A stretch of 64,000 nucleotides of DNA from Ruditapes philippinarum (lineage: Eukaryota), in the NCBI RefSeq assembly GCF_026571515.1, contig NW_026864182.1, positions 372,001 to 436,000 on the forward strand, read 5' to 3'. The position numbers were made by a program, and so were the translations under genes. This document shows, one piece after another, positions 53,419 through 64,000 of the stretch. The notes beneath the pieces are model-generated. The model saw only the letters and a program-made list of their open reading frames with translations. It did no database searches and was not told the DNA's origin. Each line of letters starts with the position of its first letter. The stretch's first letter is position 1.

Positions 53419-53653
53419 GAGCCGTGTCATGACAAAACCAACATAATGGGTCTGCGACCAGCATGGATCCAGACCAGCCTGCGCATCTGTGCAGTCTGAT
53501 CAGGATCCACGCTGTTCGCTATCAGTTTCTCTTCTTGTTATAGGGTTTGTAAGCGAACAGCATGGATCCTGATCAGACTGCGCGGATGCGCAGGCTGGTC
53601 TGGATGCATGCTGGTCGCAAACGCACTATGTTGGTTTTGTCGTGACACGGCTC
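53419..53653. mobile_element. Fold-back MITE family A, copy 8 (full length, spacer inverted)
   Basis: Same family with complete arms. Confidence 0.92.
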
Positions 53654-56312
53654 ATATGTAGATCTTACCCCTTCAGCTTCATTTTGATCAAATACAGTGC
53701 CGTCTAGTTTTTGACCCGCTAGACCACAAGCAGTGTTTCACTTCTATAAAGCAACGGGCATTTTGAGTTTGCATCCTATACGGAAAAGCTTACCTTTTGC
53801 AGCTTTGTTTGCACTTCGTACACTTAAGTTAACAGTCTTAGCAGGAAGTTTAGATTAAGAAAAAAGTGAAACAGTCGTGTCTCATAAAATGTATACTATA
53901 AGAACTTTTTAAGTCTTGTAAAAATATAAAATATAAACAACTTAAATATGATCATACATTTATGACACTGATATAGCACGAGTTGTCCATGTTGAATAAA
54001 ACTGTTCATAACTCTAATATGTACTTAAGATTATGAAAATAAAATAGCAGAAAAAAATCGCTATACATAAGAATACTGAATAAGTATATACCTTTTATTT
54101 TTAAACTCCGATTATAAATTTATCATGAACACACTGGGAGCATTTTAAAAATATCAACACAAGTACATTTTTTGAGTCCGATGACACTGTCTAATAAGTT
54201 CACAATCTGCCATATTATTATGTTATTATTGAGACCACTTTATCATTTTGTCGTGAAAGCTGGTAACCGTATCACCTGAACTACGATTAAGGAGCTAATC
54301 ATGCCACGGTCTATCATTTCCGATACCTTACCGGTACAAAACAAGATTATCCGGATTTTCTTTATCCGAATTCACTAATCTCATCGGGTTAGAATTGTTG
54401 CACATTGATTGTAAATATTTGGCAAATTTTTTATAATTGTTGCATAATGTTGATTTTCTATCCGAACTGTTGCATAAAATTCATCTCAAGCTGCAATAAT
54501 TTGACCTAGAAGAATATTTTACCATAAATTATCTTACCGAAAGAGATAGCTATCGAAATCTGCAGATTTTCTTTTTCACAAATGATATCTTTTATCTTAC
54601 AACAATGGAATTTATTGCGGACATCTTGATTAAAAAGATCACAACAATGGGCCTAAGGTTATATCTTTTCAGCATTTTACAGGCTCAGCAAGCTTATTTC
54701 AATAAAAGATAAAGTTTTCGTCTGAGTCATTTAATAGAGACTTTAATAAATAAGAGATCAAAAATGGTATATAAACTGTAAAATGTTTTAAAAGTTTTTT
54801 TTCCAATTCCTTGCGACAGTTATTATATAAATAAAAACTCATAACGTTGGTTTTGATAAAATCCAGAATTTGTTATTAATAGATAAATTTAAGATTAAAA
54901 AAAAATAAATACACCAAGAGAAGCAAAACTGTGTAAGTAAGGTACCAATATTCGTTTTCAATTTGTTTTATATCATTTTTCTTTGCATATCAGGAACAAA
55001 ATCTGCAGAGTCAATTGCGATTTTATTAAAACTTATGGTATAAAACACTAATAAATCGCCCGAATTTATTGATGTCGCCATTATAATTTTATCAGTCGAG
55101 GTTGTGATTTACCTCGCCGCATATCATGTTATAAAGATTACTATAACTTTTAAAATATTTAAAATCAATGGTCATCAGAACGAGAAAAAAATGATTTAAT
55201 ACATGTATCTTGTATTAATTACGAGGTCGAACTATAAAGGTACCTATATCATTTTTCCAATTATAGTAAATTAAAAGTTTTCAGTCAATATTTGAAAATA
55301 TTAACGTTTTTCTTCTTCAAATTATCTTGTTTACCAAATTGGTCGTGTCTTGACATTGTATGAAGATAAAGAATTTGAATAAATTAGTCGGGTCTCCGTT
55401 TATTTACTTCTTCACATGGTGTATTTGAACTAAAAATGCACACTATTTTTTTTACTTTAACATTATTAATTTATAATTCGTAAAAAATAAGATAAAAACC
55501 ATTTCATAAACATCTCATTTAATATTAATTATACTGCTATACAAAAAAATATTCTAATCAAGTAAATAAAATATATCATATAAACTAAAAATCGTTTGGT
55601 TTTAATATAAAGAAACGGTACATTTCCTCAGCCGTAAGAATATGGACTTATAAGTCGTACTTCAGTTTTAGTTTATAAACGCCCAGTCCCGTCCCTTTCC
55701 CTAGTTCGTCCAACAATCCAACTAAACCGTCCGGGAAACAAACTTACTTGATTCCCAGGCGGTGCAGGTCACTTTTGTGGTGATTGATCATTAAATATTT
55801 TCTACGGTCATTCGCACCTCTGCTCTGGAATGAACCGAAGTTATCAGTTCCTTGCGAAAGTGAAGGCAAATGGTAAACTGTTTGTCAGCCTGCCAATGAA
55901 CAATGCGATGGCTGAACTCTGATCGAGTTTATTCGATTTTACTTACTGTCAAAAGTAGTAAAAACTAACATTACCTTCACTATTCAATCAAATATGAAGT
56001 AATCAATTATTCAAGAAATAACTCAAAAAATCAATCTTCAAAAAATCAATCAAGAAATGAAATGATATCAAATCAAATCAATTAAAAGAACTATCTATAA
56101 ACTTTCAGTAAAAACAACTTAATCGTTACCATTTTCGTTAATAAATATAAATTTTTACGAGAGGACATTTTGTGGGTGTTTCTTTCATACAAAAATAACC
56201 AAGAACTCAACAATATAAACGGAATGTATAGAATTTAACGTTTCCCATTGCACACGGTACCTTACAAATGTCCTTTCATTCGCTCGTGTGGACAGACGTT
56301 CGTTGTATATAT

Positions 56313-56490
56313 GAGCCACGTCATGACAAAACCAACATAATGCGTTTGCGACCAGCATGGATCCAGACCAGCCTGCGCATCCGCGCAGTCTGATCAGGAT
56401 CCATGCTGTTCGCTTACCAACTCTATTACAAGTAGAGAAACTGATAGCGAACAGCAAACGCATTATGTTGGTTTTGTCGTGACGCGGCTC
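56313..56490. mobile_element. Fold-back MITE family A, copy 9 (right arm deletion)
   Basis: Same family, ATAT target duplication. Confidence 0.9.
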
Positions 56491-57727
56491 ATATATTTAT
56501 TTTCAAATGTAAGAGATACGGGTATAAGAGATAAAACAATGCCCTCAATAAAATCGAATATTGACCTGACAGACCAGATTTCTAGCTTTCACAGACTTAG
56601 CAGGATTATCATATATTTGATTAATAAAACAGTACTAAATCCTGTAATCTTATATTGTGTCAGACCTTATATATCGCTGACCAAATATACAAATGAGAGA
56701 TGATCCATATTTACTTGTTAAACCATGAATTCAGTAATATTAACAACACGTCTACTGTGATAATGTGAAATATGTCCTCTTTAGAAATCATAAATAAAAC
56801 TACCCCCAACACTTAAAAAACCCAAAAAACAACAACAAAAACAACCAAAAACAACAACAATAATAACAACAACAACTTAAATAATAATAAAAAAAAATTA
56901 AATAAAATAATAGTAATGATTCTACTTCTACTACTGACTATTTCATTGTCGTTTAAATTAGTTACCAACATGTAAGTTTAGTCGTTAATCATTATTAAGA
57001 CATAAAACATCTTAGTTATTCAAATTTTCAAGTAAATCTTATTGTGAGATAAGATAAATGATAAATAGATGTATTACAAAAAAAAAATCTGCTTTACATT
57101 GGTAGACTGCATTTAGCTGCATATTCCAAGTATGTATATGTTTCCTTCGATATAAGGAATTTCATTCTTTTTAAGAATTAAAATTTTATAATAAAATTGA
57201 TAACTACAAACCTCAAACATATGTTATTTCTTTAGTTACAATTCTTTAAAAAGTCTCATAAAATTTTGTCAACAACCTCAATACACAAAAGACGTTAATT
57301 ACGTATGCATTTGCCATATTCCACCATCTCTATCATCTTCAAGGTTGAAACAACCGTTGGAGAAAAATATAACAAAAGAACATATCTAAACATATATGCG
57401 GCGATGTGACGCTTAAAGCGCACTGGACGAATGCAAATAATATAGGGAGACGACTGATAAGATTAACAAAAGTCCGGGTATTTTTGAGTCATCCCTCGCA
57501 TTAACCAATGTTAGTTATGTTTATATTATTTAGTGTCATAAGAAATCACAGTCAAACTATGCTGTAGATCAATCGTTCCATTTAAGGTTAAATAAACTTT
57601 GACAAAACTGCAAGTGCAAGCGTACACGTCCAATCTACAGTGCCAAGCATACCGTCATGTGGAAAGCAACATGTACGTATGTATCAACTTACGGCATTTA
57701 AGCGGAAATCACGCAAAACATACTGAC

Positions 57728-57764
<37 letters not shown>

Positions 57765-58089
57765 TTCATAATCCCCCATCCCTTTGGGTAACCCCTTGTC
57801 GGATAAAGACGACTCGGCACATGATTTAAATAAGAACATTTACATACATGTGTAATTGAAATGATAATTGTAATAAATATTACAATAAAACGATGTTAAC
57901 AGTTGTTTGTTTAATGACGATTACATTTTGAAATAGTTTCATTTTAGATTAGCAGACGAAATCATTGACAATTTACGATACAGAATGTAAAAAGATACCA
58001 TATATAGCTTATACAGTGTTTACTTAGTCCCGTAAAGGTTAGCTCCCTTTACCTCACACAACTAAACGAGTTTCAATACTTGACTGGTT

Positions 58090-58166
58090 TGTTATTACTT
58101 CCTTATAGCAACAGTTCTCGAAATTGTGCTTAAATCGGGTTTATTTTGTTTTGGATCACAGTAAGT
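58090..58166 (+). promoter_or_regulatory. Candidate promoter and 5' UTR exon of the Mieap-like gene
   Basis: ETS core ACTTCC and an RFX X-box half-site ATAGCAAC (58105-58112) are followed by a strong donor CA/gtaagt (58161). The ATG exon starts at an acceptor (59369). Confidence 0.35.
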
Positions 58167-58658
58167 TTTAAAATAATAACATTTTCAAATCAGGAATAAA
58201 ATGCGGTTAACTTTATGACATCAGATTAATTACTGATATGTCCAGCGTTTAAAATGTCTACTTTCGGTTTCTATAAATGTACTTTTACTTTGATTTGTAC
58301 TTTATTCAAACTTCATTTCTACAAATTGTACGCAGACATATTTTCATAATTCTTAGAAAATTATTTATTGCGTTCATAAACAAGGATATGATATGCAAAG
58401 AGTAGATTTAAAATATAACGATTTGTACATGTTAAACATATGCTATCTCTTTGATCTTACCGGATATTTTATGAAGTTAAAGATTATCAATATAGTGACA
58501 TTGAATGTAGTTGTATAAGATAATAATTATTTACGCAAATTTTCATATGAGATATAGGGGATTACAGAAACATCAACAATGTAACAATGTGTGTTCTGTA
58601 TGTAATTTTCTTGCTTTTGACCTGTTACACTTATAACTGGTAGAGTAAAATAAAGCTA

Positions 58659-59053
58659 TGGTGGCTGATGTCTGCCATTTCGTGTCTTCGCCCCTCAAAA
58701 GTCGAAGGCGAAGACACAAAGAAACGATAATATGCTCACTTATCGTGTCTTCGCCTTTGACTTTTGGGGGCGCTCACACGAAGACACGATATGTTTTAGG
58801 CGAAATAACGTTATTTTAAATGGCGATGACATGATACCTTTTTCTTCAGAATTATCGTGTCGGCGGCGGCGGGCAAAAATCGTATCGCCCCCCCCCCCTC
58901 CTCCATTGCTCCATTGTCGTGGTGTCGAAAGGCGAAAACAAGATAAATGGCAAAATTGTCGAATCTTCATGTTGTTGTGTCTCTCCGCCCCCCCCCCAAA
59001 TGTCGAAGAGGGTCGAAGAAATTAAGACACGAAATGGCAAAAATCATTCACCA
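58659..59053. mobile_element. MITE with ~30-bp TIRs
   Basis: TGGTGGCTGATGTCTGCCATTTCGTGTCTT / AAGACACGAAATGGCAAAAATCATTCACCA, with internal CGAAGACAC-type sub-repeats. Confidence 0.75.
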
Positions 59054-59387
59054 AACTAAATCCTACTTATTCTTCACTATACATCTGTAAGGTTATGTTG
59101 AACCACTGACTATTTGTAACCAGCGTCGTATTGCGGGATAAAGACCCGATGCAGATGTCTGTGGCTTTGCTTTGAAGTATACGTTCTTATAACAACTCAG
59201 CACTGCATCTATGACAATCTGTTATGATTTATTTAATGTCTGGCGAGCTTTGTTGTCATTTCAGGCCCATGTAACAGGGCACATTAGAAATCCGTCCTCA
59301 CTGTCATATTCACAAAGGTAAATCAGTGCAGACGATAATTCATTTCTTAAGAACTTTGATTTTTGCTAGGTTGGCGAATGAAAAACA

Positions 59388-62300
59388 ATGGGTCCAAAAA
59401 AGAATAAGAAGAAGATTCAAAGGCCTACTGATTTCAAAGAGGTATAAATTTAAGATTATCTTATTTTTGTAACAAAATAGCATTACAATATAATTAAACT
59501 ATACAGTGGCATTATGTGAAAATTAAATTTGAAGTAATATAACTAATGATATAGCAAAAGTTCAAGATTCAATATTCCAGATTCAATTTTCTGATGTATC
59601 TTATTTCAAGCTCATTCAGGTTTTTTATACATAAATGTTAATGACATTTACATTGGTTTGTCGGTCAATACTATATAACTTGTGTTTTCATTACTGCACA
59701 CGTGGGCTTCAAACTTTACAAATGTTACAGTACAAAAGCACCTCCAGATTCACGTTAATTTTCATGAAAATGTTGGAAATTAATTTAATCTTAAAATATT
59801 TCGAGGTGAACAAATAAAGCAATTAACATGTTGCAATCGGCACTTACAATCCAAGAAAATTACCAAAAAAGTGGTCAACTTAGCAAAAACAGCCCTTACT
59901 GCGTTAGTAACGCAGTAGAAATATGGTGATTAAATACTGCAAAATCAGTCAAAAACCGCACATAACATTTAAAATATAACTTGGATCTTGCATGTTTTAC
60001 CTTTCTTAAAATTATAGTTCATTTTTCTCAATTTTGAATTTCTTGAAATATTTTGGCTCATCTGAAGGCGTGCAGCTTTGATCTTTTATAATGTTTATAA
60101 TTTATTCGAGGTCTTTGCTTTTTACTCGCAAGAGTTTCCATTCTTTTTACTCGCAAGAGTTTCCATTGTTTGTCAGTAAAGGGAATAATGTTAGAATCTC
60201 AGAAACACCATTTGACTGGTTAAGGTAACGGAATTGCTAAAGCAATAGAGTGACGAAAGAGCCAAAAAAGTGCATAAGATTTGACCTTTTCAATGTGATG
60301 TCGGTCAAATTTCGTCACAAGTGATAAATTGATGATTATGTTCTTGTTCTTGTTCCTTTGAAACTTCAATTGATCTGTTGCGAGGTTTATCTATTCAAAT
60401 TACTGTATGCAGATTGTCTCACGTGTTTTGAAGCTAAGAAATGATCGGCATTCCTTATTGCTAATCCCATGACGCGCACATTTACAAGTTAAACATCACG
60501 TGTTCTGTTGTTATATTTTTTCCTTTAGCCTGCAACTACACCAACAAGGAAAGCCGCATGGAGAGCATCCCGGCAAGCGTCAGATGCTAGCAGTTCAGAG
60601 GCTTTCTCTCCTCAGTCACCAAAAAGCCTACCAGGGAGTGCTATGCGTACTAGTCCGTCATGCTCTAGCATAGAGTCGGACTCATCATTTAGGTCACGTG
60701 ATCGTAGATCTTCAAGAAAACGGTCACGCGTTGAGTTTGACGAAGAAAGTAGATCATCTATAGATTTAGACTCATCGTGTAATAGTAGTGTGTTCTGCAC
60801 TCAATGCAAAGCAAAAGAATCAGAAGTTGCCAGGTATCATTTAGATTATCACACACTACAAACATCATGTAAAATTTCTTTATAAGTCTCTCTTTGATAT
60901 TTTGATAAATGCCCTCACTTGATTATATATTGATACCTATTATGTGTTAATTTTCAATTATAAATGCGTCGCAAAACATTATTGCAGTTTGCAAATACAT
61001 ATACAAATTGTCGTTAAGATGTCAAATTTACATTTGAAATAAATTGCTCCTGTTTATAGAAATTCATAATACTGCTCATCCTCTGTAGTTTAATGTAGCC
61101 ACCACAAAGGTATTATCTAGGACTAAGGATTTCTTCCGTTGATTTGTCAAGTTTCCATTTTTGGAACTGTCTGTAATCAGTATAGATTATAAAATTGAAA
61201 AAAATAAAGTCAACCAACATGCTGCCTGGTCCTGCACTTGTGGCAAAGACTATATATTTTTGGTTAAATGGCTCTCCTCTGTTTCTTCATTACAGGTTGA
61301 TGGAGGAATTAACTATCCGGGAAAACGTTAGGGAACATTTAGCAGAAATGAATGCAAAATTTAAAGATGAGGAAAATGCAAAAGAAGAAGCTTGGATTTT
61401 GTATGTCATTTTTTTGTTGTAGAGTTTTTGAGTATTTCTTTTTATAAAACCATCTCTAATGTTAATGACAGTTTGAAATGACTTCTCTTTATAAAGCAAT
61501 TCTTTATATAAATGTACATAAATCTTTGCAGGCTTAAACAGGAACAAGCCAGCAACGAAACATTGAAAGTAGAGCTGGATGAAATGCGCGCCAAATATGA
61601 AGAGGAGAACAGACTTAAAGATGAAGCTTTGAATAGGTAAATCACTAAAATCATTTTTTAATTTGGCAAATGGGGATGCCCAGCTATCCCGGTGAAGAGT
61701 GACCTCCGATGTCTCTTCGGTATCATATAAATGTCTTTATTATACCCTTATGATGGGATTTGAACTTATAGTGGTAAGTGGTAAATGATCTTAAGCTAAC
61801 TTAACTATTTAATCATGAGACTTATCATGTGAAAATAATTTTTATCATGTGCTAGTTTTGAGGAATGACAAATGTCTTAGACTCATGTCTGCAAGGATTG
61901 ATATAAAATGTTGAGCTATTAAGCTATTAGCATTGTGCCAGGCTTGTTAATTCAATATCTATATATTTAAGACTGAGTGCCATAGCATCGAGCAGACTGC
62001 GGGACAACAACGCGAATATTACTGATTTAAGTGATCAGAACAGACCAACAAAGGTGGCTGAAAGCTTTTCTGTAGTGTATGACAACGAGTGGACAGATGC
62101 TTTTGATGTACTTCAGGATGAACTTGGTGAAAAGGAGACCATAGATTTCCTTCTGAATAGTTTGATGGTATCATAATTATATATATATATCTAAGAGCAA
62201 GGCGTATTACACAAATTACCCTGCAAGATCACATATTTTAAGAATTATATAAAGTCATTCATTAGAAAAATGTTTAAGGTTATAATTCACATATTCATTT

Positions 62301-64000
62301 TTATTCTTTATTATGTTAAAGGTACATTATGCCACAAAAAATGTTTTTTTTTATATTTCAAAAACATTTCAAGTTCCTTATTGGCCAATTATCTGAACTA
62401 TCGTTTGCTTCTGCTACATTTTGACAACAATGACAAATTATTTGTCATGAAAGTAGCAAAGTGTACACTTAGTAATATTTTGACTCCCATACAAAATATA
62501 AAATCACTATAACTGTACTAATAGCCCAAACATAAATTAGTGTGAAAGTTGCATCGGGTTATAGGCAATTTAGTAACATTTCGAAAGTCATCAAAGTGCA
62601 CTAGAATTGAAAAACTTTAAGAAACAACAATAAAATGAATTTCTTTGGCCTGATAAATCATTAAACCATGATATCAACGTTATAAAACTTATGTCTGCCT
62701 GTACTAAACTAAGAAAAAATTTTTCTGAGGCAAAGTGTTTTTAATTCAAGGCTTGTTTGAAACAATGATATTTTAATCATTCCGTAGATTACGTGGATAA
62801 AGGCAATGAGGAATGCGGTTTAGATATGAACTTCATGTATATTATTTATCGTATCAAAATAAGAGAAGCAATTGTAGTTGGATCCAAACATTCATCTCTT
62901 TTACAGGAATCATTTAAGATATGCCAAGAAATTTCCGCCGAAAATTATCTTGAAAAAGTCCAACGCTTCATTGAATTCCCAGTACAGGTAACGTTTGCAT
63001 GTTTTTCTAATGAGTATTATTATTTGAAAGTTGATATTGGAGATAAAATTGTTTGAAACCTTCATAATCATAATTTACTTTCACTTATAATTATAAAAGT
63101 GTTACAAATGTATATACAGTAAAATAAGCAACATTTGGGGTTTATAGTAGACTTTCTAGTAGCTGGGACATCTTTTGAATTGTTGAATAGCCAAGAAGCC
63201 GATCTCCCATCCTGTTGATGATACATACATGTATACGCATATACACCATTTCAGAGGGAACCTTCGGGTAACACTCATTGTGAGCTTCCAGACAAGTTGA
63301 TTCAGCAAATAAAAGAGTTCCGGAAGTCACGTGCAACATACGTCATCAACGATGTTATAAAGGTGATTAGCTTATTCAGGTTAATAACTTGTAAATATTA
63401 AAAAGGTAAACAAATGACAAGGCAATTATTTTTGGAATACCAAACTTGTGTATATGATGAAAAACAACGATTATTTGATTGTGTAGGGAGGAGTTGGGTT
63501 TGGAGGTCGGTCATACCCTCTGATAACTTAAAAAGCATTTGCTTTTGACATTGGCCCAAACATTTAGTACATAAATCTAAAGCTGTAACAAGAAGAGTTT
63601 TTTGTATCATTTTTGAACTTGATATGTATTATATGTATTCGAATATCTGTAAATAGTGTAATTGATTTTCGTGTATTATTTGAGATGACTTTGGAATTAT
63701 CTGAATATATGTAAAACGTGTGACAGGTTTTCTCAGAAAATTAAGAACAATCTTTTCCTTTTTAGGAAGTACTAGACAAAATACAATCCAAGTATGACAG
63801 TAAGGAAGAAGTACAGGCGTATAAACGCAAGTGTGCCGAGTTGTGCTGGTTAATGGTTGTTCAGAATCCACCGATGATCCTGTCAACGACCGCTCAACAA
63901 CAATTTGATACCAATTTGTACAAGGACTATACCAAGCGGGGGAAGTATGTAGACTATGTGGTTTGGCCTGCCTTGTTACTTAACGAAGGCGGTCCTGTCC
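59388..64000 (+). CDS. Mitochondria-eating protein (Mieap/SPATA18) C-terminal domain-containing coiled-coil protein, 3' incomplete
   Basis: Exons 59388-59441, 60529-60833, 61296-61400, 61532-61636, 61972-62167, 62907-62987, 63255-63362, 63766->64000 splice in frame. Ser/Arg-rich N-terminus and a coiled coil are followed by RLSAIASSRLRDNNANITDLSDQNRPTKVAESFSVVYDNEWTDAF and CAELCWLMVVQNPPM...FDTNLYKDYTKRGKYVDYVVWPALLLNEGGPV, motifs typical of Mieap-domain proteins. Confidence 0.85.

Noticed and set aside
53669-53743. Extra upstream coding exon of paralog 3
   Set aside because: It has plausible splice sites, but the frame continuing into the ATG exon has TGA at codon 2. At most it is 5' UTR.
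60834-62175. U12-type introns (donors GTATCA at 60834 and 62168)
   Set aside because: They do not match the GTATCCT consensus, and no TCCTTAAC branch site was seen.

Overview
AT-rich animal genomic DNA, most likely a bivalve mollusc (inferred from the gene families and repeat types; not prokaryotic). There is one assembly gap at 28370-28530. Most ORFs in the supplied track are spurious. Reading splice sites by hand gives five spliced protein-coding genes. Three are paralogous LRRC74-like genes encoding RNI-type LRRs plus two C-terminal EF-hands: paralog 1 (+, 4501-9625), paralog 2 (-, 32300-23535) and paralog 3 (-, 53162-38843). DNAAF6/PIH1D3, an axonemal dynein assembly factor (+, 18122-21916), lies between paralogs 1 and 2, which face each other. 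A Mieap/SPATA18-domain coiled-coil gene (+, from 59388) runs off the window end. Exons 7-8 of paralog 1 fall in a homopolymer-corrupted stretch, either an assembly artefact or a pseudogene lesion. Introns and intergenic DNA hold nine copies of a ~235-bp fold-back MITE, a 2.49-kb tandem duplication of nested elements, hAT-like derivatives, LINE 3' ends, tRNA-derived SINEs, a 23-bp minisatellite and microsatellites. The best candidate for an undescribed system is a cilia/sperm-associated cluster of putative Ca2+-sensing LRR-EF-hand paralogs around DNAAF6. That function is inference.
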